Assembly (NCBI GenBank): GCA_963716205.1
Contig: OY970290.1
Span: forward strand, 584,823-648,822
Source: an uncultured bacterium
GTDB taxonomy: Bacteria; Patescibacteriota; Minisyncoccia; Phycocordibacterales; GWA1-40-21
Length of the DNA stretch: 64,000 bases
Reading direction: 5' to 3'
Both the position numbers and the translations under genes were made by a program. The notes below the pieces were generated by a model. That model had not been told where the DNA came from. It saw only the letters and a program-made list of their open reading frames with translations, and searched no databases. This document shows, piece after piece, positions 12,020-22,377 of this stretch. Numbering within the stretch: the stretch's first letter is position 1; the number at the start of each line of letters is the position of its first letter.

Positions 12020-12609
12020 TGCAAATACGGTGAATAATTATAAATAAAATCACTGATAATGACGCTCTGTGAGCCGCCCGGACTTTGCCAGGAAACTTTC
12101 ACATTTACCTCGGCTTCGTTTGGATTTGAACTACTCGGATTTGGAATAATATTGATATATCGGGAAAAGATCGATGGTGATTCTCCAACGGGAGGATTGG
12201 AAATAAGCGGAACAAAATACAAAAAATTACCGCTCGTATCGCGCGCAATTTCCATCTGACTTGGGTTTGAATTTGGATCCTGCGGATTATAGGCTAGAAC
12301 ATTCAAATCTCTCGTATCAATGTTGCAATAAGAAGAAACGCAATTATCATCAAGTCCTGAAAGCCAATCCGTGACTGTGCTGTCTGTCTCGGCCTTTAGC
12401 GCAGTATTGTCCCTGATATTTTTTACCGCTTCAATCGCATCTTCGGCGAGAAATGATGCCGTTGCTTCGTCTTTTGAAATTTCCGCATCCGAAAGTCCTT
12501 TTTGTGCTATTGACATCGGGGTTGCAATCGCAATCAGCAAAATGGAAATAGCAACAAGCGCTTCGATAAGCGTAAAACCTTTTTCTTTTTTTGCATTGAT
12601 TAATATCAT
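12016..12609 (-). CDS. type IV minor pilin (PilV-like)
   Basis: KGFTLIEALVA N-methylation motif; VNVKVSW. Confidence 0.85.
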   Translation of the reverse strand: MILINAKKEKGFTLIEALVAISILLIAIATPMSIAQKGLSDAEISKDEATASFLAEDAIEAVKNIRDNTALKAETDSTVTDWLSGLDDNCVSSYCNIDTRDLNVLAYNPQDPNSNPSQMEIARDTSGNFLYFVPLISNPPVGESPSIFSRYINIIPNPSSSNPNEAEVNVKVSWQSPGGSQSVIISDFIYNYSPYLQ

Positions 12610-12619
12610 ACTATTGAAT

Positions 12620-13204
12620 TTAACTCCTTTGTCTTTCCGACGCGGTCGTCTGTATATCAAATTCAGTACTCGTACCATTTTGAGACGGTATGAGACCGCT
12701 TGCGGTTATGAAAACTCTCGGCTGGATTGTAACGCCGTCTCCAAAAACATAAAAATCCATGCTGGAAATATCGACAGTCGATGTCGGAGCAGTAATGCTT
12801 TGCCAATTATTGGTACAATTTGAATTCAGGCAGATTTCCTCCTGCACATTGCCTTGTCCGGCGGACAAATTCGGATCTGTACTCTGGACAAATTTATAAT
12901 AGGTGGTATTACCGTCTGAATCATAACTTATTTCCTGAGTTGCACCTGATGAACAATCTCCGACAGTGTTGTTGTAATAACACTGATAATTCGTTCCCGA
13001 TCGCAAATTTCTCGTCATGGTATCGATAGCAAAATTCACATTATCAATGGTGGTTTTTATTGACTGTGCTCTGTCGTCCGCATTAACAATAGATACAAGC
13101 GCACCAATAGCAACAACCATGACTGTTGTAAAAATTGCAGTGGCGACAAGCATTTCCACAAGTGTAAAGGCTTTGTTGAATTTTATTTTTCTGATCTTCT
13201 TCAT
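12620..13204 (-). CDS. type IV minor pilin (PilW-like)
   Basis: KAFTLVEMLVA motif. Confidence 0.85.
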   Translation of the reverse strand: MKKIRKIKFNKAFTLVEMLVATAIFTTVMVVAIGALVSIVNADDRAQSIKTTIDNVNFAIDTMTRNLRSGTNYQCYYNNTVGDCSSGATQEISYDSDGNTTYYKFVQSTDPNLSAGQGNVQEEICLNSNCTNNWQSITAPTSTVDISSMDFYVFGDGVTIQPRVFITASGLIPSQNGTSTEFDIQTTASERQRS

Positions 13205-13208
13205 AATT

Positions 13209-13886
13209 TTATTGAACATATACGAGCCCTATTGAATTTACAATAACATCTTTTGTCGCACCGTTTAGTGAAGCAACCTGAATATCAGCATAATTGTAAT
13301 GCGTATTGTCTCCATCTATAGTTATTACCGCATTTGGATTCGGTCTGGTAAAAAGAATAGTGAAACCGCTTGTTACTTGCGTACCGGTTTGAGCACTTAC
13401 ACTACATGTGCTGTTTGAACTGACGCAAATACCTTTTATATAATTTCCATTGCCAACAGTGTATCTTGAAATACATTCGTGATCGTTTGTGGTACATGAC
13501 TGTGAAACTTCATCAGCATCATATTTACCATTAGAAACATAATAATTTGAAGAATTTTTACTAATTGTATCTGTAAAAAAAACAAAATTTTTATTACTTC
13601 CTGGCGGATCGGCACCATTCAAATTAAGATTAAAATACACACCGAACGGGGCGAAAGGATTTAATGTTGTTTGTGATTCATTTACATTTACCCCATAACT
13701 TTGTGCTTGTTGCACAGTAAGTGCAACATCATACGCAAGATCTTTGAGTAAAATTGTATTATTAAAACCATTTGAACTGAAAAGTACAATCCCGGTTAAA
13801 ATGACAAAAATGGTGATAGTGACCAAAAGTTCGATAAGGGTGAATCCTTTTCTTGATTTTGATCTTAGATTATTAAATTTCTTCAT
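13209..13886 (-). CDS. type IV minor pilin (FimT/FimU-like)
   Basis: KGFTLIELLV motif; C-terminal VIVNSIGLV. Confidence 0.85.
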   Translation of the reverse strand: MKKFNNLRSKSRKGFTLIELLVTITIFVILTGIVLFSSNGFNNTILLKDLAYDVALTVQQAQSYGVNVNESQTTLNPFAPFGVYFNLNLNGADPPGSNKNFVFFTDTISKNSSNYYVSNGKYDADEVSQSCTTNDHECISRYTVGNGNYIKGICVSSNSTCSVSAQTGTQVTSGFTILFTRPNPNAVITIDGDNTHYNYADIQVASLNGATKDVIVNSIGLVYVQ

Positions 13887-13964
13887 TTTCACCCTAATAT
13901 TATATCATTTTGTATAAAAAAGGGTTCCATCTTTCAATGGAACCCTGCGGGATTTAACAAATCC

Positions 13965-14549
13965 CTAATTTGTAAGCTGCGCGGAAAACATGGCAGGATC
14001 TGAACTTTCGCCTGTCAGCGATGAGCCGCTGCCTAATGATGTCCCATTAAATGTTCCATCATTACTTCGATAAGCAGTCACTGTTAAACTCTGTGTTACC
14101 GCACTACTATAATAAGCCGTTATACTGACAGAATCACCGGCTGAAAAAGAAGTAAACGGTCCTCCAATTGTTAGCGGTATAGCACCAACCCCTGTACCAG
14201 ATAGAATTGGGGTGGAACCAGAATAACCAACAATACAACTGTAATCCACAAAAGGGCTACCAGCTGCACCGGATATTACATAATAAATATCATCATCTGG
14301 CGTTGCAGTCACTGTCGGCGTTATCGTCATTGTTGACGTCGCCGTAAAAACTGGTGTTGATGTCATCGTCACCGTAGGTGTCGATGACATGGTAACTGTC
14401 GGTGTTACCGATGTTACTATCTGCGTTGTGAACGTCGGTGTTGGAATGGTCTTTGCCTGCGTCGGTGTTCCTCCACAGCCAGAAATTGTAACGAGTGCGA
14501 CGGAGGACAAAAACAGTCCTGCCATCATCACCAACAATAAATTTTTCAT
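13965..14549 (-). CDS. orphan putative lipoprotein with Thr/Pro-rich linker
   Basis: Signal ending ISGC (lipobox-like); TPTVTM repeats; AAGGGGG SD; own promoter and downstream hairpin. Confidence 0.7.
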   Translation of the reverse strand: MKNLLLVMMAGLFLSSVALVTISGCGGTPTQAKTIPTPTFTTQIVTSVTPTVTMSSTPTVTMTSTPVFTATSTMTITPTVTATPDDDIYYVISGAAGSPFVDYSCIVGYSGSTPILSGTGVGAIPLTIGGPFTSFSAGDSVSITAYYSSAVTQSLTVTAYRSNDGTFNGTSLGSGSSLTGESSDPAMFSAQLTN

Positions 14550-14678
14550 GATGTCCCCCTTGGACAAAATCAATTGGTTAAATTTTAGAGAACTCTGAAC
14601 TCCCTGTTGGGAGACCTTGACAAATGTCTCTATTTATATCATATATCAAAAATTAAAAAAGTCAAGTCTGCAAATATC

Positions 14679-15446
14679 CTATTGCCCTATGCGCAAAATC
14701 GCAAAAAGATTCCAGCTGGTGAAAAGTTCGAGAAGCAGGGCAAAAATAATGAACGGTGCAAACGGTATTTCGCTTTTCATGGTAAGCCCGAATTTCGATA
14801 TCTTCAGTTTTTGCAATTCCAGAAGAATCAGGCTGACGATAGCTCCGATCCAAAACGCAAGCATGATAGCAGAAATTCCGATACTCATGCCGAGAAGCCA
14901 GCCGACACCGAGTGCGAGCTTCGCATCACCAAGACCCATCCACTTCCCGCCCGAAATAAGCCAAAAAAAAGCAAAAAACGCGAAAAGTGTTGGACCCGCC
15001 CAAAAATTGACAAGTGTCGGTCCCGAAACAAGAAAAAAAACAAATGCAATAATATCAAAAAATAAAACCATACCATCGGGAATTATTTTGTGCTTCAAAT
15101 CGTAAACGAAAATGGCAACGAGTACCGAAATAGCAAGTAGATAAAGAAAAATAAGAGTGGAACCGAATTTCAAAAAGACAAGCGCAAATAAAATACCTGT
15201 CGAGAGTTCAACGAGCGGATACTGAAGTGAAATTTTGCTTTTGCATGTTGCACATCTTCCACCCAAGAATAAAAAGCTGAAAACCGGAATGAGTTCATAC
15301 CATTCGAGCGTCTTTCCGCATGAAAAGCATTTGGATCTGCCGGAGATGAAAGAAAGACCCGTGTTATAGCGCAAAACGACAACATTCACAAAACTGCCAA
15401 CAATCGTTCCGAGTATGAAAAAAATTATCGTGTCAAGAAAAATCAT
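14679..15446 (-). CDS. pilD: prepilin peptidase
   Basis: GSFVNVV, RSKCFSC...CATC, YDLK, MGLGDAKL, IPFAPF. Confidence 0.95.
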   Translation of the reverse strand: MIFLDTIIFFILGTIVGSFVNVVVLRYNTGLSFISGRSKCFSCGKTLEWYELIPVFSFLFLGGRCATCKSKISLQYPLVELSTGILFALVFLKFGSTLIFLYLLAISVLVAIFVYDLKHKIIPDGMVLFFDIIAFVFFLVSGPTLVNFWAGPTLFAFFAFFWLISGGKWMGLGDAKLALGVGWLLGMSIGISAIMLAFWIGAIVSLILLELQKLKISKFGLTMKSEIPFAPFIIFALLLELFTSWNLFAILRIGQ

Positions 15447-15937
15447 TATGGCATTGCATCGTAAACCAAGGAATTCGCCGGCGAAGCATTTACTTCTTCT
15501 AGCGGACTTCCGCCAGTGCATATCGTAAATGGCGTTGAGGAAAGATTCGTTGAATCAAATCCTTTTTTTGACGATAAATATTGATTCGAACTTTCAAGCG
15601 TCGTCCATAGCTGATATGTTGTGCAAATGGAAGCATTCGAACCAGTTTCTTGTGTCAGCGGAAGATAATTATACTGGTATGCCAAGCCACTCGGACCACC
15701 CGATGGCGGAGTCGGGATGGGACCAATCGCAGCGGTGCTTGTTGGATATTGTCCATAATGATTGAAATATGTCTCGAGAGAAAGTTGTATCGAGCTGATG
15801 TCAGCGACTCTTTTTTTATCACGGCTTTGCACCTGTGCCTGACCAAATGAAGCGTAAATAATAATCGTCAATATGACAATAATACTGATGACAATGAGAA
15901 GTTCGATAAGAGTAAACCCTTTTGATTTTTTTTTCAT
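15446..15937 (-). CDS. type IV pilin/pseudopilin
   Basis: KGFTLIELLIV, SRDKKRVADI..LETYF. Confidence 0.88.
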   Translation of the reverse strand: MKKKSKGFTLIELLIVISIIVILTIIIYASFGQAQVQSRDKKRVADISSIQLSLETYFNHYGQYPTSTAAIGPIPTPPSGGPSGLAYQYNYLPLTQETGSNASICTTYQLWTTLESSNQYLSSKKGFDSTNLSSTPFTICTGGSPLEEVNASPANSLVYDAMP

Positions 15938-16014
15938 AAAACAATTATAACTTTTTTGGCATAAAAAGAAAAACGCCCCGTTGGGCGTTTTTCAAAAACT
16001 AATTAAAAAATATT

Positions 16015-16473
16015 TTAATCAGTTGCTGTACAAAGACCATTACCTATAGCAGCTGCGGTTGTTGTACCAGTGTAACCACTTCCATCAACGCACCAATATG
16101 CACCTGTTGATAATTCAGCTGCAAATGTATATGTCGATGTTGCTGAAGTACACGCAACAACATGACCAGAAGCATTTGATGTTACGTTAGTAACAATTGA
16201 TGCACCTTGTGCATCTCCCGATGTATTAAACACAGAACCGGTATCGCCAGTTCCCGTGCAAGAAGTTATAGCGGTAGTACCATAATCTTGACCGATATTA
16301 TAGAATATGGCTGCTTGTGCTTGGAAATTACTCAATCCTGATTGTACGGCTGCATCTGAACCCTTTGCTCTCGCCGAATTCAAAGACGCCAAAACGACTG
16401 ATGAAAGAATACCGATGATGGCGATGACCACCAAAAGTTCGATCAATGTAAAACCTTTTTGCTTTCTAATCAT
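16015..16473 (-). CDS. pilA: probable major type IV pilin
   Basis: KGFTLIELLVVIAIIGILSSVVLASLNSARAKG; YWCVDGSG; own promoter, long leader and terminator. Confidence 0.8.
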   Translation of the reverse strand: MIRKQKGFTLIELLVVIAIIGILSSVVLASLNSARAKGSDAAVQSGLSNFQAQAAIFYNIGQDYGTTAITSCTGTGDTGSVFNTSGDAQGASIVTNVTSNASGHVVACTSATSTYTFAAELSTGAYWCVDGSGYTGTTTAAAIGNGLCTATD

Positions 16474-16666
16474 AATCTTTAATTTTTATCGATAAAAATC
16501 AATTAACATTAATAAAGTTAGCTTGTTGTTTTGATTCTTTCCGCATCGCTTGCTCAAGGCAAAAAGAAAATCATCGAAACATTATTGCAATATTCAAGCT
16601 GACAAGATAATTATACACCAGCAGAAATTAAAGCGGCAAAGTTGAGTGTTGATAAGTCAAGAGCAA

Positions 16667-17875
16667 TTACATTCCCGCGGAAATACTATATATAGGAACA
16701 AGTACGGAAGCCATGAGGAATCCAACGCCGATACCGAGAAGAACAATCATTGCCGGCTCGATAAGCGAAACAAGCCCATCAATGGAATTCGTCACTTCCC
16801 TTCGATAAAAATCTGAAAGTGTTTTCAAAATATTGCCGAGCTGTCCGGTCTCTTCGCCGATTTTCACCATTTGGACAAATATGCCGGGGATTTCAGGATG
16901 CTTGGCAAGTGCATCGGAAACGGAGCTTCCTGCCTTGACATCTTCTACCGTTTTTTCGAGCAGCTGCTGAAAAATTCTGTTCTCAACAATAGTGGATGTG
17001 ATCTCAAGACCTTTGACCATCGGGATTCCGGAGATGATCATGGTGTTCATATTTTCCGCAATGCGCGAAAGATAGAGTGTCGAATACAATTTCTTGGCAA
17101 GCGGAGTTGTCAATTTCAGTTCATCAAGCGATCTCTTGCCAACATCGGTCATAAAATATCTGACGACAAAAAATCCTCCGATGATAAGCGCAATAAGAAT
17201 AAACACTCCGTAGCTGACGACAAAGCCGGAAAAGCCCAGGACGAATTGGGTATAAAGAGGAAGCGTCTGGCCGGAGCCCGTCAGAATGCCGCTGATTTTC
17301 GGGATGACAAATACAAGCATCAGAATCATAACCGCAATAAATGTAAATACAACGAACGCCGGATAGATAAGAGCTGTTTTCACTTTTGAATCCACTTCGT
17401 ATGTTCTGTCCAGATGATCCGCCAGATACATGAAAGTCTGATCCAGCTTTCCGGATTCTTCTCCCGCCTTAACCATATTGACGTAAAACGGAGTGAAAAT
17501 TTTCGGATGCTTCGCAAGCGCCGCGGAAATCGGGCTGCCGGACTGCAAATCGTCCACGATATCCTTGAGCCGCTCGCGCAAAACGCGACTGTCAGATTGC
17601 GCCGAAAGAAGCTGGAAAATTTTTAATGCGGAAACCTGCGCTGCGAACAGTGTCGCCATCTGCCGGGAAAGAATGACAATGTCTTTGTTTGAAACGCGGT
17701 CAAAAAAAGAAATATTTTTTGAAAAAAAAGAACCTTTTTCTTCTTCCGGCTTTATGGAAACAATAGAAAGCCCTCTTTTTTGCAGCGAGCTGATTGCAAT
17801 CTCAATATTGGAAGCATCGATCGTGCCTTCGCTTGGCGTTCCTTTTTGGTCGAGTGTTTTATATCGAAATGTCAT
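16667..17875 (-). CDS. pilC: type IV pilus platform protein (GspF family)
   Basis: GEESGKLD, YPAFV, GEETGQL, LIEP. Confidence 0.95.
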   Translation of the reverse strand: MTFRYKTLDQKGTPSEGTIDASNIEIAISSLQKRGLSIVSIKPEEEKGSFFSKNISFFDRVSNKDIVILSRQMATLFAAQVSALKIFQLLSAQSDSRVLRERLKDIVDDLQSGSPISAALAKHPKIFTPFYVNMVKAGEESGKLDQTFMYLADHLDRTYEVDSKVKTALIYPAFVVFTFIAVMILMLVFVIPKISGILTGSGQTLPLYTQFVLGFSGFVVSYGVFILIALIIGGFFVVRYFMTDVGKRSLDELKLTTPLAKKLYSTLYLSRIAENMNTMIISGIPMVKGLEITSTIVENRIFQQLLEKTVEDVKAGSSVSDALAKHPEIPGIFVQMVKIGEETGQLGNILKTLSDFYRREVTNSIDGLVSLIEPAMIVLLGIGVGFLMASVLVPIYSISAGM

Positions 17876-17898
17876 CGCAATAAAGATTTATAGAAGAA

Positions 17899-18963
17899 TT
17901 ATATCATCTTTTGCAGAATTTTCGCGTCGTTTGAATACATATAAGCATTTTCAACGGTGATTTCTCCGCGCGCCACAAGCTCGGCAAGACATCGGTTCAT
18001 ATCAACCATTCCTTCCTGCGAACTCGTCTCAATAACCGAGCTGATTTCATGGATTCTATTTTCACGGATCAGATTTGCCACCGCGTTGTTGTTAATCAGA
18101 AGCTCGTATGCCGGTATCAGGCCGCCGGAAATTCTCGGAATGAGTCTCTGCGAAAGAATTCCCGTCAGGCTTCCAGCAAGCTGAATGCGTATTTCCTCCT
18201 CCTGCTCCGCCGGGAATGAATCAATGATACGGGAGATCGTCTGCGCGGCGCTATTGGTATGGATCGTCGAGAAAACCAAATGTCCTGTTTCCGCCGCAGT
18301 CACGGCGATTGAAATAGTCTCCGCTCCGCGCATCTCACCGATAAGTGCAACATCAACATCTTCCCGGAACATACTCCTGAGGGCTGTGGCAAAATCAACT
18401 GTATCAATTCTAACTTCACGCTGATCAATAATTGATTTTTTCGGCTCATACACATATTCTATCGGATCTTCAATAGTGATAATATGCTCCGCCCTGCTTT
18501 CATTGATGGATTCAATCATTGCGGCAAGAGTTGTTGTCTTTCCGTGTCCGACTGGACCGACAACCAGGAAAAATCCCTGCGGTTTGTCCGCAAAATTTTT
18601 CAAGACTTCTGGCAAGTTTAATTCACCGAGACTTCGAATTTTTTTCGGAATAAGACGCAGAGCAATCGAAACCATCCCCTGCTGGAAATACGCGTTGCCA
18701 CGAAATCGTTCCCCATTTTCAATTGCATATGAAAAATCAAGTTCTTTTGTTTTCAAAAAAATTTCCTTGTTTTCTTTTGTCACGAGCTCCGAGAGGATAC
18801 CGATCATCATTTCACCCGAGACAACATCGCGCTTGACGAGCGGAAGCAAAAGTCCGGACACACGGATCGTCGGGCGCTTGCCTTCCGAGAGATGCAGGTC
18901 TGATGCGCCTTCCTGAAAAACAATTTTTACCAATTCCTCAAGTTCTGTTTTGTAGTCTGCCAT
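17899..18963 (-). CDS. pilT: type IV pilus retraction ATPase
   Basis: ASDLHL, GPVGHGKTTT, TIEDPIE, AAETGHLVFSTIHT, AVANLIRE. Confidence 0.93.
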   Translation of the reverse strand: MADYKTELEELVKIVFQEGASDLHLSEGKRPTIRVSGLLLPLVKRDVVSGEMMIGILSELVTKENKEIFLKTKELDFSYAIENGERFRGNAYFQQGMVSIALRLIPKKIRSLGELNLPEVLKNFADKPQGFFLVVGPVGHGKTTTLAAMIESINESRAEHIITIEDPIEYVYEPKKSIIDQREVRIDTVDFATALRSMFREDVDVALIGEMRGAETISIAVTAAETGHLVFSTIHTNSAAQTISRIIDSFPAEQEEEIRIQLAGSLTGILSQRLIPRISGGLIPAYELLINNNAVANLIRENRIHEISSVIETSSQEGMVDMNRCLAELVARGEITVENAYMYSNDAKILQKMI

Positions 18964-19018
18964 ATGTTTATAGTTATTAATATTGATTGTAACGCATTTT
19001 TCCTTTTTATGAAAACGA

Positions 19019-20740
19019 TCAGAGCTGATTGACTTCTTCAAACGGGATGATTTTCTGCATCGCTTTGATGATAGCGTCTTCTTTCATAGTGATCAAGCCA
19101 TTTTTTCTCGCAATTTTATAGACTTCGGATTCTGATGGATTTTTCAAAATGGCGTCTTCTATTTCATGGCTCATTTTGAACATTTCAAAAACAGCGATTC
19201 TTCCTTTTGTGCCAGTCGGGCATTGTGGTGTCGATTCTTTTTCAAAAAATTGAGTTGCTGTGGGAATTTCATTTCTGAATTGATCCGGCAGATCCGCAAA
19301 TTCCTTGTCAATCATTTTCGTGACGCTTTCCGTCGTCATATCGAGTGGTTTCCCTGTGTCGGGGCACAGCTGATTGACCAAGCGCTGCGCCACGGCGAGT
19401 ACAAGCGTCGGTCCGATAAGATACGGATCGACGCCCATATCGATCAGTCGCGGAACAACGCCGCATGCGTTATTGGTGTGAATGGTCGAGAGCACCAAGT
19501 GTCCGGTCAATGCCGCTTGCACGGCAAGCCCCGCGGTTTCTTTGTCTCTGATTTCACCAACCATGATGATGTTAGGATCTTGTCGCAGTGTTGTGCGAAG
19601 TCCGTTTGCAAAATCATATCCGATTTCCGGAAAAACCTGCGATTGGCTCACTCCGGCAATACTGTATTCAATCGGGTCTTCCAAACTCAAAATGTTTTTG
19701 TGATCTTTGTCCATTTCCTGAAGCATCGAATACAGCGTTGTTGACTTTCCGCTTCCGGTCGGACCGGAAATCAATATCAAACCATACGGTCTCGCCATCG
19801 CTTCGCGGACCATTTTCAAATAGCGGTCGGAAAAACCCATTTGATCAAGCGACTTGACGCCACGTTCCTGATCAAGAATTCTCATAACGACTTTTTCGCC
19901 GTTGTTGGTCGGAAATGTCGAGACGCGAAAATCTATTTTTCTACCGTCAATAACGGCGCCGATGCGTCCGTCTTGCGGCCTTCGCTTTTCATCAAGGCGC
20001 ATATTGGCAAGAATTTTGATACGTGCGACAACAGCTTGCTGGACTTCAAGCGGTAGGACGAGACTGGTGTTGAGAACGCCATCCACGCGAAATCTCACGC
20101 GGACTTTGTCCGTCATCGGTTCAATATGGATATCCGATGCGTTTCCTTCGATGGCGTATCGCATGATGGTGGCGACAATTTTCGTCACCGGAGCATCCTC
20201 GACGATTTTCGTCTGATCCTGACCTTCATCTTTTTGATTCTTGATGATGCTGACACCTTTGACATCGGCGGAAAGCTCGACATCGAGATCGGTCAGGGCC
20301 TTTTTCACTTCGCCGCCAAGCCCGCGATAGCTTTCAATGACTTTTTGGAAATCTTTCTGTAGAATAATGAACAGCTTATAGGGAAGATTCAGTTTTTCAA
20401 CAATAAAGCTGATGGCATCCCTCGCCTCGATATTTTCCGGATCAGTGATACCGATTTCAAGCACGCCGTCTTCCAAAAAAAGCGGGACGAATCCGTAATG
20501 CGTGGCGGCATCCTCCGAAACATATTTCAAAATGGAAAAAGGCACTTGCTTGCCTTCCAGATTTTGCACGGGAAAATTGTAATATTCCCCTTCTGCATTC
20601 AAAATGGAATCGGCGGAAACTCCCTGGCTTTCCAAAACATCTTCTATTGTTTTCCCCGACGAAGCCGCCTGCTTTTCGATTTTTGCGGCATCACCTTTTC
20701 CGATTATCTTTTTATCCGATAATATTTGAAGAATATTCAT
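19019..20740 (-). CDS. pilB: type IV pilus assembly ATPase (GspE/PulE family)
   Basis: ASDIHIEP, GPTGSGKSTT, LRQDPNIIMVGEIRD. Confidence 0.95.
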   Translation of the reverse strand: MNILQILSDKKIIGKGDAAKIEKQAASSGKTIEDVLESQGVSADSILNAEGEYYNFPVQNLEGKQVPFSILKYVSEDAATHYGFVPLFLEDGVLEIGITDPENIEARDAISFIVEKLNLPYKLFIILQKDFQKVIESYRGLGGEVKKALTDLDVELSADVKGVSIIKNQKDEGQDQTKIVEDAPVTKIVATIMRYAIEGNASDIHIEPMTDKVRVRFRVDGVLNTSLVLPLEVQQAVVARIKILANMRLDEKRRPQDGRIGAVIDGRKIDFRVSTFPTNNGEKVVMRILDQERGVKSLDQMGFSDRYLKMVREAMARPYGLILISGPTGSGKSTTLYSMLQEMDKDHKNILSLEDPIEYSIAGVSQSQVFPEIGYDFANGLRTTLRQDPNIIMVGEIRDKETAGLAVQAALTGHLVLSTIHTNNACGVVPRLIDMGVDPYLIGPTLVLAVAQRLVNQLCPDTGKPLDMTTESVTKMIDKEFADLPDQFRNEIPTATQFFEKESTPQCPTGTKGRIAVFEMFKMSHEIEDAILKNPSESEVYKIARKNGLITMKEDAIIKAMQKIIPFEEVNQL

Positions 20741-20755
20741 ACGCGCCTGTTTATT

Positions 20756-21097
20756 TTATTTGAGACTTACGTTGATGGTGGTCGTCGATGCCGGAGCATC
20801 CGTGCTTCCGACGGGAGCAAACGGATTGGCTCGTCCTGCCGGCTCCGCAGAGAATGAAACCGTATTGTCTTTCAGACTTTCAAACGAAGGATCGGAGAAA
20901 ATCGAATCATCGAGCTTGACTTGACCCATCTGCTGGAGAAGAGAATAAATATACTGGGCATCGGTTGATTCAGAAGTGCTCTGGCTTGCGGTAAGCGAAG
21001 AATCTCCGGTGGTATTTGCCGTGTTGCTTGTTCCCAAATACCAAAAAGCTAGAAGGATGACGAGGATGACAACAATGATTGTGATGATTTTTTTCAT
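20756..21097 (-). CDS. pilus accessory protein (PilP-like position)
   Basis: TM anchor, GRANPFAP motif, located after pilO. Confidence 0.6.
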   Translation of the reverse strand: MKKIITIIVVILVILLAFWYLGTSNTANTTGDSSLTASQSTSESTDAQYIYSLLQQMGQVKLDDSIFSDPSFESLKDNTVSFSAEPAGRANPFAPVGSTDAPASTTTINVSLK

Positions 21098-21108
21098 GAT
21101 AATAATTT

Positions 21109-21687
21109 TTATTGCAGCCAATACGTATTGAGCGTCACGTTAAAATCATAAAAACCGGTGTCGTTGGCGTTGAAGGTAATGTTCGTGATGTCAACAAGAC
21201 GCAGATTGCTCTCCAAATCCTGCAGAAAATTTATGAAATTGCTGTAGGAAGCATTGACAGTGAAGCTCAATGAAACCGTTCCATATGCATTTGCCGTGCC
21301 GGCTGCGTTTGCATTCCCAGAGGCGGTGGAGTTGCCAATGGTAATATTTTTGGCAATCAGATTTCTTCCTTGGGCAATCTGGCTGATCTCGATGATCAGG
21401 CGGATATTGTCGATATTCGGGGGAAGCATTTTGGAAAGGCGATCCTGATCATCCGTGCTGATGGTATTTTCTTTTTGAACAAGATTATTCTCCTGCGAAA
21501 CTATCGAAACTGAACTTTTTGCCACATCCTGATAATTGGCAAGCTGGCTTTGAAGCGCATCAATACTGTAGGTCGAATAATCGGTCGGATTGGTCGGCGT
21601 GCTTGTGCCTTTGTAATTCGGATCAACATAGCCGAAGAAAATTCCGAGTGATGAAAGTATTAAAATGATTGGTAAAATTAAATTCAT
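21109..21687 (-). CDS. pilO: pilus alignment protein PilO
   Basis: TM, coiled coil, YSNFINFLQDLESNLRLVDI. Confidence 0.85.
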   Translation of the reverse strand: MNLILPIILILSSLGIFFGYVDPNYKGTSTPTNPTDYSTYSIDALQSQLANYQDVAKSSVSIVSQENNLVQKENTISTDDQDRLSKMLPPNIDNIRLIIEISQIAQGRNLIAKNITIGNSTASGNANAAGTANAYGTVSLSFTVNASYSNFINFLQDLESNLRLVDITNITFNANDTGFYDFNVTLNTYWLQ

Positions 21688-21692
21688 AGTTA

Positions 21693-22322
21693 TTATTGTG
21701 TTGATTGCGTTGAACTTGCATTCGCACTTGCATAGGATATGAACTTCGGATTAATCGTCGCTGAAAAAGTAAATGAAACGCTTCCGTCGGCGTTCAAGCT
21801 GAAGTTCGACAGCTTTGCATTGCTGATAATGTTCTGCCAGTCCGGCAAATCGAATTCATCTTCCTGCGAAGCGACGGATTCCCAATCCCGGGCGACGCCG
21901 GCAAGCTGGACCGAGACGGTGCTGTTGCCGTTTGCATCTTTGCCCGCCGAAGAAAATGTAAAGCTGTTGAACCTGACATCCTGGATGGTTGCTTGCTCGA
22001 GAAATGCAAAAATCGGCGAGATAGCGACATGATTTGCAAGAAGCTCTTTGGCGACATTGATCCTGTTATCGAGATCGATGATATTTTCCACGGTGTTTGA
22101 ATCGGAAATCAAGCCGGTTTTATTGGTGGTAATCGTATTTTGTGCAGTAGTAATTTGTCCAATGAGATAATTTTTCTCAAGATAGACCCATGCGACGAGA
22201 CCGAGCGAAACCAAAAAAATAATGATTGAAATGAGAAGGAAAAGACTCATGCCCGATTTGGCACTTTTTACCTGCGCGATCGGCGCTTTCGGTATAAAAG
22301 ATGTTTGAAATTTTTGATCCAT
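21693..22322 (-). CDS. pilN: pilus alignment protein PilN-like
   Basis: FQTSFIPK N-terminal motif, TM, position between pilM and pilO. Confidence 0.75.
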   Translation of the reverse strand: MDQKFQTSFIPKAPIAQVKSAKSGMSLFLLISIIIFLVSLGLVAWVYLEKNYLIGQITTAQNTITTNKTGLISDSNTVENIIDLDNRINVAKELLANHVAISPIFAFLEQATIQDVRFNSFTFSSAGKDANGNSTVSVQLAGVARDWESVASQEDEFDLPDWQNIISNAKLSNFSLNADGSVSFTFSATINPKFISYASANASSTQSTQ

Positions 22323-22377
22323 TTCTGATGGCTATTATAACTCAAAAAAACAAAAATAACACAATACAATCTGTGGA

